Virus record (IMG/VR): IMGVR_UViG_2695420487_000015 | Strand: one strand, 5' to 3' | Origin: a virus | Taxonomy: Duplodnaviria > Heunggongvirae > Uroviricota > Caudoviricetes | Length of the DNA: 39,156 nucleotides | Shown here: positions 1 through 10,114 of the stretch, one piece after another | Layout: every line of letters starts with the position of its first letter | How positions within the stretch are numbered: position 1 is the stretch's first letter | Program-made: the position numbers and the translations under genes | The notes under the pieces: generated by a model | The model's database searches: none | The model's input: only the letters and a program-made list of their open reading frames with translations | What the model was told of the DNA's origin: nothing

Positions 1-1038
1 CTAATAGCCAGGGATACCACCTTCTATATCTTTACTGATCTTCGCTCGTATATCAGCAGAGGGATAATCCAGGTCATTTTTACCACTACCCCCAATTCCC
101 ATAAAGTTAAAGGTATAATCAGGAATGATATCGATACCAAATTTTTTAGCATCTTTAACCAATGCAATAAAATCCTGCAAATCTCCCATTGGATTATGGA
201 TGGTACAAAGATCTTCGGGTTGATAAGCATGAAACCAGTAACCCTTTTCTTCTTCGGGAGTTTCTGGTCCGTCGGCGCGGAAAGTTGTCACTGGAGGGAT
301 TTGTATATACCCATAATGGCAACGTGCAAATTCAGACATATTTTCTCTGATCTGCTGGTAGGTGGCATTAAAAGCATGAAGAATCGCTTCGCCAGGTTTT
401 TTGGGGGTGATGATTTCACATTGTGATTTCTGAACAGCAGTAAGAGATTTACGCTCAAGTGTTTGCCGTAGATGTTCTAGATTGATTAATATTTTAAATG
501 TTTCTTGCTGTCCGGAAGGTGACGTCACGTTAATATTATATACATCGGCTGCCAGCTCATAGTCAGGAATGTTAATAGCATATGCAACATATTTATCTTT
601 TGGGGAAGGTTTGTCAGATATAATGTGGGTGAAATGTTCAGCACGACCATACTGATAAACACCGCTGTTATCACCTCTTTCAATCATTGTATCTCGTTGA
701 TAAACCTATGTTTTTCTTTCTCCTATCCTGTCTGGCGCTGTAATGCTACGCTGTGCTGCTTTATTCAACTCTCGGTAAGTTGTATCTGGAGAAAGGGAAA
801 TTTTATAATCGTTTTTTAACAGATCATTAATAACTTTTTCTGCGTGAAAAGTTGATATAATTTCTCTGTCTTTTAATCCTTGAGGGTAAACTCCACAAGA
901 ATTAATAATATTTGTTATACAGTTTAGATATTCTAATGTATTTAATTTGGAATTTAGATCCCCGTCAGTAATGTTCCATGATAACAATGTGGGGTTGTCG
1001 ATAGGTAAATTTCTGGGTCCTGGTTTTATAGAAAACAT
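1..1038 (-). pseudogene. GH13 alpha-amylase-family gene (ygaQ-like) interrupted by a single in-frame TAG at 706-708; the downstream piece ends at a TAG at 1-3
   Basis: Track ORFs 706..1038 and 1..687 share one frame and are separated only by an amber codon plus 6 sense codons. The downstream piece has an alpha-amylase-like GYW..DLQDFIALVKDAKKFGIDIIPDYTFN motif. Position next to an ileY-type tRNA resembles E. coli ygaQ (recollection). Confidence 0.45.
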
Positions 1039-1597
1039 AATAAAGTTCCTCTAATGGTAGAGTAATATGATGTATACGGAAACATAAAAATGTTTAATTG
1101 TTGTGAAAGTAATTGCAAACAGATGTCCTACTTTTATCCAATATTTATATGGAAAAGGATAATGCTTAAATCTGTTTTATTAATTATCGATGTGGTCTGG
1201 AGAGGCAACTGTCAAAAATCGCTCATACGAAACTAATGATTAGCAGAATAAGATCTATGAAAGAATATATTGCTATACGAAGTTTATTTTTATGGAGTGA
1301 AAAGTAACAGATATCATAATGATGCGAAAACTCTTCAGCTAATGTAATAAAGTTATATTATTAGATACAAAATCATTACAAAGTATCATTGAATCGATGA
1401 TAACTATAGATAGTGCTAATTATTAACATTTGCTTGTTGACTGCGAGTATCGACTTTGCGAATGGAGGCGGTGTCGGGTTTTATGTCGCGTGTAATCACG
1501 ACCCAAGGTGAATGGGAACGCATAAAAATCTGTTATTTACATCATATGATCATCATGTTTATTGCGTGGTTTATAAGTATTGTTATTGCACACTCAA

Positions 1598-1673
1598 GGC
1601 CCTTTAGCTCAGTGGTTAGAGCAGGCGACTCATAATCGCTTGGTCGCTGGTTCAAGTCCAGCAGGGGCCACCA
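1598..1673 (+). tRNA. ileY: tRNA with CAU anticodon, tRNA-Ile2 (lysidine) type, 76 nt with encoded CCA
   Basis: Cloverleaf read by hand: acceptor GGCCCTT/AGGGGCC, D-arm GCTC/GAGC, anticodon loop CTCATAA, T-loop TTCAAGT, 3' ACCA. Near-identical to the E. coli ileX/ileY sequence as I recall it. Confidence 0.85.
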
Positions 1674-1676
1674 AAT
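1628..1676. repeat. attL core: 49-bp direct repeat covering the 3' 46 nt of the tRNA plus 3 nt
   Basis: 48/49 identical to 33529..33577; the single mismatch is at 1664 (G here, A in the attR copy). Confidence 0.85.
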
Positions 1677-1700
1677 TTTAGCTTTATAATCATATAATTA

Positions 1701-1725
1701 AGCCACTCTAGCGAGTGGCTTTTTT
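1701..1725 (+). terminator. Intrinsic terminator downstream of the tRNA
   Basis: Hairpin AGCCACTC-tagc-GAGTGGCT followed by TTTTTT. Confidence 0.6.
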
Positions 1726-1791
1726 GTTATCTTGTTTTCAAGTGGCGATGAAATGGCGGTGGATTTTTTACCACCACTTTCATGAGCACAT

Positions 1792-1818
1792 AAAAAAACC
1801 CGCGCGCGGCGGGTCTTT
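1792..1818 (-). terminator. Intrinsic terminator downstream of ogr
   Basis: GC-rich hairpin CCCGCCGCGCGCGGG followed on the minus strand by a 7-nt T-run. Confidence 0.6.
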
Positions 1819-1830
1819 AGAGAAAATTTA

Positions 1831-2049
1831 TCAGAGCCACAATGGCCGCTGACCACTCACCGACGGGTGAGGTGGCGCCGGAATTATTGTTCCCGGTGTA
1901 ACGATAAAACGTTCTACAGACTCCATCGTTACGAATGTGCAACTGCAATTAATATTCGTACATTGATGGTAACGCTCTTTAGTATTCTCGCTAAGATAGC
2001 GACTGGTACGAGCATGCGCTGCATGCTGGCATTTTGGACAATGGAACAT
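1831..2049 (-). CDS. ogr: Late gene transcriptional activator, Ogr/Delta zinc-finger family
   Basis: 72 aa, MFHCPKCQHAAHARTSRY...CTNINCSCTF, Cys4 pattern and strong similarity to P2 Ogr as recalled. Confidence 0.9.
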   Translation of the reverse strand: MFHCPKCQHAAHARTSRYLSENTKERYHQCTNINCSCTFVTMESVERFIVTPGTIIPAPPHPSVSGQRPLWL

Positions 2050-2088
2050 GCCACCCCCACATATTCACAAAAAGTGAATTAATAATAC

Positions 2089-3282
2089 TCAGTTATTCAC
2101 CATTTGAGAACCACTTTCTTCCGACTCATATTCTATGCCAGAAAGCATAACCTCGAGCTCTACAGCCGTCGTGAAGCCATTCCCGCCTAGATTATGGGTC
2201 ACCTTACTGATTATCCACGACTGGTCGTCTATGACGCTTTTGAAGCCCGAGACCCTGACCGGCATTTCGGGATAAATATCTTCACGGCCGGTCGCCAGCA
2301 TGATCGAGAACTCCGCAACGCCACGCTGCAATTTATCCCACTTAGCCTGAGCCGCGCGCATCGCTTGCGCCTTTGTCGCGTAAATGGTCGTCAGTGCGAA
2401 AACATTGTCAGCCTCACCGGCCATATATTCACCCTCGCGGGCTTCCTGTTCTTTCTGCTTTTTGGCCGTGGTTTTACTGCTCACCGGTTTTGCTTTCGGG
2501 TGCTGTAGCGCCCGGAGGTGTTGCTCTTTGGGCTTACGCTTCAGCTTCACCGCTTGCTTTTGTTTCGCCGGTTTCGGGTCTTTAGTATGCAGCCACTTAG
2601 CGGTTACGCCGGTGTAAGCGCCCCGGTCGGCGATGGCAAACTGATGCCGGTCACCGTCACTGCGCTGGATGGTAATCTGAGGGATAGCTTTTCCGCTGGC
2701 CGTCGTACCACTTCCCGCTTTAAGCATCAGCAATTTACCCGCTTTGACCGATACCGCGCCGCCGTTGCGTTCCGCGAGGCGAGTCAGGAAAACAGCGTCG
2801 GATTCCTGCGACTGGTCGATATGCGGAATTTTTATCCCGGCAAGAGAGTCCGCGACGCTGGCCGTTAATTTATTACGGGCGGCTATCGCGCTGACAATAG
2901 CGCCGAGTGTGGTGTCGTGCCATGATTCCTCGCGGCGTGAATTGAGCGTTCCGCGAAAATCAGCGCTACGGGCGCGAATGGTCACCGTATCTGGCGCCCC
3001 CCGGTGCTCCACCTCATCGACGGTAAATCGCCCCTTACCAACGAGCGCGAAACCTTTCCAGCCGAGGTACAGCGACAACACCGCGCCCCTAATCGGCAGC
3101 GCGACAAGTCCGTCAGAATCATCGAGTTCAATGTCGAGCTGGTCAGCTTCAAAGCCCCGGTTATCCGTCATCGAGAGATTAATCAGCCGGTCGCTGATAT
3201 TGCCGGTGATATCTTTGCTTTCCAGTGTCAGCATAAAATCGGGCGTCAGTGTGGCCCCCGCGCCAGTGATAATATCCAGCAT
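2089..3282 (-). CDS. D: Tail protein D
   Basis: 397 aa; size and position after U/T match P2 gpD. Confidence 0.8.
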   Translation of the reverse strand: MLDIITGAGATLTPDFMLTLESKDITGNISDRLINLSMTDNRGFEADQLDIELDDSDGLVALPIRGAVLSLYLGWKGFALVGKGRFTVDEVEHRGAPDTVTIRARSADFRGTLNSRREESWHDTTLGAIVSAIAARNKLTASVADSLAGIKIPHIDQSQESDAVFLTRLAERNGGAVSVKAGKLLMLKAGSGTTASGKAIPQITIQRSDGDRHQFAIADRGAYTGVTAKWLHTKDPKPAKQKQAVKLKRKPKEQHLRALQHPKAKPVSSKTTAKKQKEQEAREGEYMAGEADNVFALTTIYATKAQAMRAAQAKWDKLQRGVAEFSIMLATGREDIYPEMPVRVSGFKSVIDDQSWIISKVTHNLGGNGFTTAVELEVMLSGIEYESEESGSQMVNN

Positions 3283-3284
3283 GA

Positions 3285-3749
3285 TTAAGCCCCCACCTTA
3301 GACAGCAGATCGCCCGCTTTACCGACCAGACTCTCGGCCTGTTTTCCGATATCGCCATAGACCGCCGCGAGCGATTCATCGACACGGGTCAGTGACAGAG
3401 TAAAGCTGATTTTTCGTGGCGACCCGTCCTCAAAAAATACCGTGCCGGTCTCCGAGACATTGCTGACAATAAACATCCCGTAAATCCAGCCCGAGCCAGA
3501 AATAAGCGGCCATGCTCGCCCCTGCTCGGCCATCGCATAAAGCGTCAGCATCGAAAACTTGCCGCCGGTCAGCTCAGGATACAGGTCACCGCTCAGGGTG
3601 ATTTTGTCCTCCCCTTCACCGAGATACTGAAAAGCATCACGTTTCCCGATGCGGGAGTTTGACGCCCAGCTATAATCCGCGCTGCGCTGCATGCTCTGAT
3701 AGGGCAACGTCTGACGCATAAAAACAAACATACCTAGTGCCAGCATCAT
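3285..3749 (-). CDS. U: Tail protein U
   Basis: 154 aa; position between T and D as in P2. Confidence 0.75.
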   Translation of the reverse strand: MMLALGMFVFMRQTLPYQSMQRSADYSWASNSRIGKRDAFQYLGEGEDKITLSGDLYPELTGGKFSMLTLYAMAEQGRAWPLISGSGWIYGMFIVSNVSETGTVFFEDGSPRKISFTLSLTRVDESLAAVYGDIGKQAESLVGKAGDLLSKVGA

Positions 3750-3760
3750 AATCGGTCTCC

Positions 3761-6190
3761 TTAGTCATGCATCATGCTTGCGCGGGCTTTGGCGCGTTTC
3801 TCACGCTCATATTTTTCTAAGGCATCCTGTAAATCATCACCTAACCGACCGCCTGGTATACCGTTGCCCGGCACGTTGATTTGATAGGTTGGCCGACTCT
3901 GGTCGATGTAGGTTTTACCGGCGGGTGCCGTGACCGGCTGATAGCTGTTGTAAGAGCTGATAGCCGGGCTATAGCCGTTCTGCGTCGCCGCACTGGCTTT
4001 CGCCGCGGTCTGGTCAAGTGAGCTGGACTCTTTGTTGATAATCCCGAGTTTTTCGAGCACCCAATCAATCCCGCTTCGCAGCTTGTTAAAGGCGTTAAGC
4101 GGCATCAGCAGCGCATCGGCCAGCGCCTGACCGAACATAACGCCAACATCACGACAACTGTTAAGCGTGTCCTGAGTCGCTTTTACCGGCGCTATCAGGT
4201 CTTTAAACCACTGCCATACACCGCGAAGTTTCTCGCCGAGGCCGTCAAAGGCGGGTACCAGCGGCGCGAACATTTCCCCGACCGGCGCAAAGGCGCTCAT
4301 CAGCCCCTCGATAACACCACCGAAAAAGGCGCTGACCGGCTCCCAGTATTTGCGAATAAGCAGCGCGCCACCGACAACCGCCGCCGCAACGGCCACGACC
4401 GGCCATGTAATCGCACCGATAGCGGCGATAACCCCGCCACTGATTGTCGTAAAGACAGCACCAAGTGCGCCAGCAGCAGCGATGATGGCGTTAATACCGA
4501 TAATAACCGGCCACGCAACAAGGCCGATTGCCCCTATAACCCCCACAACACCGATAGCCGCCGCTGAAATAACCCCAAGCGTCGTCGCCAGTGATTTATT
4601 TTTTTGTATCCAGCCATCAAGTTTTAAAACATACCCGGTCGCCGTTTGTACCAGCTTACGCAAGGATGACTCTTGCTGGTCAAACAGGTCTGTTCCGACC
4701 GCCTCATAAGCTGACTGGAACTCTTTAAAGTCGCCGCCGAGGTTGTCCTGCATGACCTTGACGAGCTCAGCCGTTTTACCGTCAGATGCTTTAAGTGTGG
4801 CGGTAAGCTGGTCCAGTTTACCGCTTGAGGCTGCAGTCATTAATACAGCAGCAGCTGAGCTTGCCTCTTCACCGAATATGGTTTTCATGTATTCAGCGCG
4901 CTGACCGGTACCGAGATTATTTTTCTCAAAGCTCCGCTGCATTTCTTTCAGGATGTTAAATATTGGGCGCGTGTTCCCCTTACCATCAGCCGTTTTTACG
5001 CCGAGCTCTTTAATAGCGTCATACGCTTTTCCCGTAGGAGCCTGTAGGCGACTTAACACAGCGCGGCTCCCCGTACCCGCCATCGAGCCTGTAATTTTGG
5101 CGTCATGCAGTGCGCCGACCATTGCGGCTGTTTCTTCGATACTGACCCCGGCATTTTTCGCCACCGGTGCGGCATAGGTCAGCGCATCACTCAGGCCGTC
5201 AAAGTCGGCGGCGGTTTTGTTCATCGTCATCGACAGAACATCACCGATATGGGCGACCTTATCGTTTGAGAGCTGGAATGCTGAGCGCATCCCCATCAAT
5301 AACCCGGCGTTCTCTTCCATCGTTCGACGGTTTGCGAGCGCCATATCAAGCGTCACTGGCGTAGCCGCCTGAATAGCAGCGGTATCACCACCGGCTTTTG
5401 CAATAATAATCTGAGCACCGGCAGCATCATCAGCCGACGCGGCTGTGTTATCACCGAGTTGACGCGCCTGTTTGCGAAGAGCCACCATATCAGCTGAATC
5501 TTTTTCAACGCCGAGAACAGCCTGAAGCTCAGAGTTTTTCTGAGCAAAATCATAACCGGGTTTCATTAGTGCAACACCGGCGAGAGTAGCTGTTGTTGCC
5601 ATACCTACCCCGGCAGCGCCCATCGAGGCGGCATTCCCTGCCAGAGCCTTCCCTGCCTGATAGCGTTTTTGTACTGCACTCAGTTTCGCCTGTTGCGCGC
5701 TGACGCGCGCCAGTGCTTCACGCTGGCGGTTAAGCTGTGCGGTCGTTTCGCTGATATTATTTTTCAGGCGATTTTCATCATTCGTCAGGTTGCGGGTATT
5801 AATCCCCGCTTTACCGAGCTCCGCCTGTTGCCGCTTAACAGACTGCGTGAGGCTGTTATATTTCGTCTGCAACCCATCAGCCGCGCGTTTCGCTGACTCC
5901 AGCACTCTGGCCTGTGCCGCTGTTGGCCGTTCCGTGTTTTTAAACTGCACCGCCAGCGCTTCAGCTTCCTGTTTTGCTTTTTCCAGCGACTGGCCGGTTA
6001 CCGCCAGTTGCGCACTGGTTTTACGAAAACCGTCTATTTTCGATGCCTGACCATTCAAATCACGCAGGGATTGCTGAGTCATGCGGATATCACCAGACAG
6101 CGATTTACTCGCCGTCTGGATCGCTTTAAAGGGTCGGGTCGCCTGGTCGACAGCTTTCAGCAGCACTTCGAGTTTGAGGTTATTACTCAT
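3761..6190 (-). CDS. T: Tail tape measure protein
   Basis: About 809 aa with a coiled N-terminus and Gly/Ala-rich hydrophobic centre. Start placed at the ATG at 6190 (MSNNLKLEV); the track's longer form begins at a TTG at 6235. Confidence 0.85.
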   Translation of the reverse strand: MSNNLKLEVLLKAVDQATRPFKAIQTASKSLSGDIRMTQQSLRDLNGQASKIDGFRKTSAQLAVTGQSLEKAKQEAEALAVQFKNTERPTAAQARVLESAKRAADGLQTKYNSLTQSVKRQQAELGKAGINTRNLTNDENRLKNNISETTAQLNRQREALARVSAQQAKLSAVQKRYQAGKALAGNAASMGAAGVGMATTATLAGVALMKPGYDFAQKNSELQAVLGVEKDSADMVALRKQARQLGDNTAASADDAAGAQIIIAKAGGDTAAIQAATPVTLDMALANRRTMEENAGLLMGMRSAFQLSNDKVAHIGDVLSMTMNKTAADFDGLSDALTYAAPVAKNAGVSIEETAAMVGALHDAKITGSMAGTGSRAVLSRLQAPTGKAYDAIKELGVKTADGKGNTRPIFNILKEMQRSFEKNNLGTGQRAEYMKTIFGEEASSAAAVLMTAASSGKLDQLTATLKASDGKTAELVKVMQDNLGGDFKEFQSAYEAVGTDLFDQQESSLRKLVQTATGYVLKLDGWIQKNKSLATTLGVISAAAIGVVGVIGAIGLVAWPVIIGINAIIAAAGALGAVFTTISGGVIAAIGAITWPVVAVAAAVVGGALLIRKYWEPVSAFFGGVIEGLMSAFAPVGEMFAPLVPAFDGLGEKLRGVWQWFKDLIAPVKATQDTLNSCRDVGVMFGQALADALLMPLNAFNKLRSGIDWVLEKLGIINKESSSLDQTAAKASAATQNGYSPAISSYNSYQPVTAPAGKTYIDQSRPTYQINVPGNGIPGGRLGDDLQDALEKYEREKRAKARASMMHD

Positions 6191-6616
6191 TCGTGTTTCC
6201 GCTTCGCTGTAGCGCTTTTTCGCGCCAGTTGACAAGCTCGGTCAGGCTCATGGGATAAAGGTCTGATGGCGACCAGTGGAAAATTACCGCTATGTCAGCC
6301 ATCAGGTCATCGACCGAGAGTTTTTTCGGGAAGGTTACGCCGCCGAACTCGGTGACAAAAAACCGACCACCTTACCGGCAAACGATAACAGGTCGGGCAG
6401 CTCCAGCGCGGCGGCTTCCTGCTCGGTCAGCGACGGCATAGTCATGCGTGGCAGCACTTTAATCAGCGCATCGACGTCAGAATTTGCGACAGATGCCAGG
6501 CTGACGCCGCGAAGGGTTCCGGCACACGGCTTTAACAGGGTGACATCGGAAATTACCTGCTCGCCGCGCTTGATGGGTTTAATCAGAGTGACGATATTTT
6601 CGTTAGATTTTTCCAT
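6183..6616 (-). other. E+E' product made by programmed -1 frameshift at T_TTT_TTG (6362..6356)
   Basis: The heptamer is in the correct phase of the E frame. The -1 frame then stays open for 57 codons (VTEFGGVTFPKK...GNTNE) and stops at 6183-6185, overlapping the T start ATG. Confidence 0.7.
6335..6616 (-). CDS. E: Tail assembly chaperone E (short form)
   Basis: 93 aa, similar to P2 gpE; contains the slippery site near its 3' end. Confidence 0.8.
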   Translation of the reverse strand: MEKSNENIVTLIKPIKRGEQVISDVTLLKPCAGTLRGVSLASVANSDVDALIKVLPRMTMPSLTEQEAAALELPDLLSFAGKVVGFLSPSSAA

Positions 6617-6678
6617 GATATTTCTCGTTAAATTCAGGTTTCAGGATCCCCGGCCAGCCATGCTGACCGGGACAATAA

Positions 6679-7197
6679 TTACAGACCGATATTCTGTCGG
6701 TGTGCCTCAAGCATGTCGGTACCGTTCACCATTTCGACGAGGTTAACGGTGTCGATTTCGACCATATCTTTACCGTTGAGTGTCAGCTTGTAGTACGAGC
6801 ACTCGAGCGAGATTTTCGACTCAGTGTCTTCGCCCTGCTTGGCTTCGCCGAGGTCGATTTCTTTCTGACGGCCACGGAGAACAACCTCAACCGGCACGGT
6901 CTCGCCGGTGTCATCACGCTGGTAAGACCCGGCAAAACGTAGCGGCACAGAGGCCGTACCGATGGCGGCATATAACGACCAGACAGCATCATCAGGAAAA
7001 CCGCCGAGCGAGATTTCAGCTGACAGCGCATCGTCATCGAGGCCAAGGTCAACCGAGGCTGAGCCATTCATCCCGCCGCCGCGATACTTCTCAAGCTTGC
7101 GGGTTAATTTTGGCAACGTGACGGACTGCACGACGCCGAGATAACTCACCCCGTCGATAAACAGGTTCATGAGTTTGAGCTTGCGCGGTAATGCCAT
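6679..7197 (-). CDS. FII: Major tail tube protein
   Basis: 172 aa, MALPRKLKLMNLF..., near-colinear with P2 FII as recalled. Confidence 0.9.
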   Translation of the reverse strand: MALPRKLKLMNLFIDGVSYLGVVQSVTLPKLTRKLEKYRGGGMNGSASVDLGLDDDALSAEISLGGFPDDAVWSLYAAIGTASVPLRFAGSYQRDDTGETVPVEVVLRGRQKEIDLGEAKQGEDTESKISLECSYYKLTLNGKDMVEIDTVNLVEMVNGTDMLEAHRQNIGL

Positions 7198-7209
7198 TTG
7201 TCAGGCTCC

Positions 7210-8397
7210 TTATTTGCTGTTGACGGACGAGATAAGATTCGCCAGATATTTATCGGTGATGCGCTGGCGTAAGGTCAGGTGCTCGAGTGGTGGCACAGGT
7301 GTATAGTCATAATCGATAAAAAGTTTCCCGGCCTTCAGGGTTTCTTTGCTGTTGGCCTCTTCGTCGAACCAGCACGTCGCATCGATGATGTAACCGCCGC
7401 TTTTCAGCTCGCGGAATTTCGCGTTGATGCCGTCGATAATGTCGCGAATCAGCGTCGCGGTGATGGGCTTATCGTTCGCCCACATATGCCCCTCGGCCAT
7501 TGTGTCGGCGATGACCTGTGCCGTGCGGGTGTAGTTCTCAAACTGAAACAGCGGGTCGTCGGAGCAATTACGGTTACCCCAGAAGCGAAAACCATCAGCA
7601 CGAATCAGCGTGGTAACACCGGCCTCATTCAGCAGGTCGGCATCGGTGCCTTTTTCCTGCAAATCCCAGAAGACGGACGCGCTGATACCGGTGACCTCAT
7701 TGACGCCGACGTTTGACAGGGTCTTGTGCCAGCCGGTGTCATTGTCAATTTTGGCGCGCAGACCCAGCGCAATGGCGGTCGCGTAGCTGGTCGTTGTGGC
7801 GCTGGCCGTGGTATCCCATCCGAGGAATTCAGGCCAGATAATCATGAGCTCACGCGCGCTGAAATTCTCACGATAGGCAATGACGTCAGAAATGGTTTTA
7901 CAGCCCCATGCGCTGACATAGGCGAAAGCGCGCAGTTTCTGAGCTACGGAGACAAGCGCGGTCGCCACCTGCTGAGTATCGAGACCCGGCACACCGAGAA
8001 TGCGGGGCTTCACGCCAGTGACCGCTTTCGCCGTTAACAGCGCTTTCAGCCCGGTGTATTTGCCGTTCTCATCCGTGGTGCCGATGATGTTCGAAATGGT
8101 TTGCTTCTGAGCCTCTTCGTCATCGCCGGTACCCTCTGCGACACGCACGACAACAACAACCGGTTTTGACTGGTTAGCGATGAGCTGTAAGGATTTTGCC
8201 AGGGTACCTTTAGTACCGGCTTTTGAGATGGCGCTTTGTGGATTGGTAATCAGCACCGGTTCATTGAGCGGAAATGCCCCGGCGTCAGCATCGCTGGCCG
8301 TGCAGACCATACCAACGACCGCTGTTGATACCGTCGAGATTGTGCGGGTGCCGTCGTTAATTTCGACGACCTCGACACCGTGATGAAAATCACTCAT
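7210..8397 (-). CDS. FI: Tail sheath protein
   Basis: 395 aa; size, position and sequence character match P2 FI. Confidence 0.9.
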   Translation of the reverse strand: MSDFHHGVEVVEINDGTRTISTVSTAVVGMVCTASDADAGAFPLNEPVLITNPQSAISKAGTKGTLAKSLQLIANQSKPVVVVVRVAEGTGDDEEAQKQTISNIIGTTDENGKYTGLKALLTAKAVTGVKPRILGVPGLDTQQVATALVSVAQKLRAFAYVSAWGCKTISDVIAYRENFSARELMIIWPEFLGWDTTASATTTSYATAIALGLRAKIDNDTGWHKTLSNVGVNEVTGISASVFWDLQEKGTDADLLNEAGVTTLIRADGFRFWGNRNCSDDPLFQFENYTRTAQVIADTMAEGHMWANDKPITATLIRDIIDGINAKFRELKSGGYIIDATCWFDEEANSKETLKAGKLFIDYDYTPVPPLEHLTLRQRITDKYLANLISSVNSK

Positions 8398-8528
8398 CCG
8401 TTTAACTCCGTTAGTTGGGGTGAGTGATATTGTCGGGTGTACATTTACAGGAGGCTATTTGTCAGGGTTCTGCGAACGCTGGCACAACAGATGAGAAGAA
8501 TAAAAAGCGAGCTTATGCCCGCCTTGCC

Positions 8529-8942
8529 TTACTCATACTTAACCGGCCACTCGATATCCGGTGCTTTGGAAATGTCAACGCGCATAAGTAATACCCGGTA
8601 TTTTTTCCACTCAGCTAAGGCGTTAATTTCTTCTGCGCTGGCAATTCCAGAATCAACAGCATCCTGTCGCCAGCTAATCTCAGACTCTGCTTCGGTGCGT
8701 AATTCGCGTTGCATTTGCCCAGCCTGAGCGACCAGTTGTTTTGCAGACAGGGCTGGGATATCAACCCATACAGGATAACCATTTTCATCCGTCCCGAGCA
8801 TTTTCTCTTTTGGTGGATACTGGCTATAAACAGCCATGACCTCATCGCTCACACTAGCAGCATTCTCCGGCCACGCTCCGGCAGAAATATATGCTTCTTT
8901 CAGTGCTTCCGGATAAAAAACACCCTGATAAAATTTATTCAT
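8529..8942 (-). CDS. G: Tail fiber assembly protein (Tfa)
   Basis: Start moved to the ATG at 8942 (MNKFYQGVF), which overlaps the H stop as ATGA; C-terminus resembles P2 gpG. Confidence 0.7.
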   Translation of the reverse strand: MNKFYQGVFYPEALKEAYISAGAWPENAASVSDEVMAVYSQYPPKEKMLGTDENGYPVWVDIPALSAKQLVAQAGQMQRELRTEAESEISWRQDAVDSGIASAEEINALAEWKKYRVLLMRVDISKAPDIEWPVKYE

Positions 8943-10114
8943 AAATACCCCACAGCAAAAAAACAACAGTCTTCCAACGAACCGGCTGGGGCCCAGTTTT
9001 GAATACTAATTTGAGAACGATTAGCCAGCCGAACATTCATCGCCTGACTGTAACCCGTTGTTCCCCGACATCCCATTGCCCACAGGCCACCAGTTGGGAA
9101 AGCATAAGGCAGGTTGTAGATAGCATCTTCTCCTCCGCGTGTCTGAATGGTTCCCCATTGCAGCATTATCTTCACTGGGTTATCTGTGGTTGCAAGACAG
9201 GGAATGTATAAATAGCCATTTCCACTGGCGTAAAAAGTGAAATGTGATGCGCTCAATACCTGGTCCTTTCCGGTGCCCATTGACGCCAGTGCGGCCGAGC
9301 CAAGCTGCAGGGCATTCCTGAAAGCAGCCACATTAGAAATATCAGCGCCATTAGCTGATTTCTGCATCGCACCGGCAGCTTTATTTATCGTGTCTAAGAG
9401 ACCGAGATTTTGTAAAAATAACGCCACATTGGGAATATCTGCGCCATTACGTTCTTTCGCCAGACGTGCATTCGCATTATCCATCACTATTTTTACTGCT
9501 TTCAGTGTGGCAGCTATCAGTTCACTTTCGCTTGAAACACTATTACTAAGCCGCACAAATCCCTTTTCATCTAGCGTGGCGTCAGGGTGATTACGTGACC
9601 GCTCATGTGTGCGTAGCAAACTGTCAGCATAGGCTTTTACCTCGATAACCTTGCCGTCGACATACTGGCGCGTTGACAGCACGACCGACGGGTCGATTTT
9701 TAAGGTGATCGCCGACGTGCTCGAGACAACGAGAATCATGCGAATAGTCTGCGTTCGACCGCTACCCTCAGCCAGTAACGGCTTATAGGTTTCCGGGCAG
9801 TTGGCGACAGCAATCAAAATACCAGCGTCATCATAAAGACCAATTTCACGGATGAAGAAACCACCCTCATTTTCAGGAATGATTTGCTCGGCAATAATCT
9901 GACCGGCGTCGTTGGCATCCACGCCCAGTGAGTTAATCGGCGCAATACGGGTCTGGTTAATGAGCTTTGTCTGAGCCGGGTCAGGGGTCGGCAATGTGCC
10001 GTTCCCGTCACCGACGGCCATTTGTGTGATACTCAGTTTGGTACCGAGCGCGGTCGCGTTTGCCAGTCGCGCCGCGCCCTGATTGGTCAAGATGGCAAAA
10101 TATTTTGTTGTCAT
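8939..10114 (-). CDS. H: Tail fiber protein with conserved N-terminal domain and divergent C-terminal receptor-binding region
   Basis: 391 aa, MTTKYFAILTNQGAARLANA... typical of the P2 gpH N-terminus; shorter than P2 H. Confidence 0.8.
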   Translation of the reverse strand: MTTKYFAILTNQGAARLANATALGTKLSITQMAVGDGNGTLPTPDPAQTKLINQTRIAPINSLGVDANDAGQIIAEQIIPENEGGFFIREIGLYDDAGILIAVANCPETYKPLLAEGSGRTQTIRMILVVSSTSAITLKIDPSVVLSTRQYVDGKVIEVKAYADSLLRTHERSRNHPDATLDEKGFVRLSNSVSSESELIAATLKAVKIVMDNANARLAKERNGADIPNVALFLQNLGLLDTINKAAGAMQKSANGADISNVAAFRNALQLGSAALASMGTGKDQVLSASHFTFYASGNGYLYIPCLATTDNPVKIMLQWGTIQTRGGEDAIYNLPYAFPTGGLWAMGCRGTTGYSQAMNVRLANRSQISIQNWAPAGSLEDCCFFAVGYL

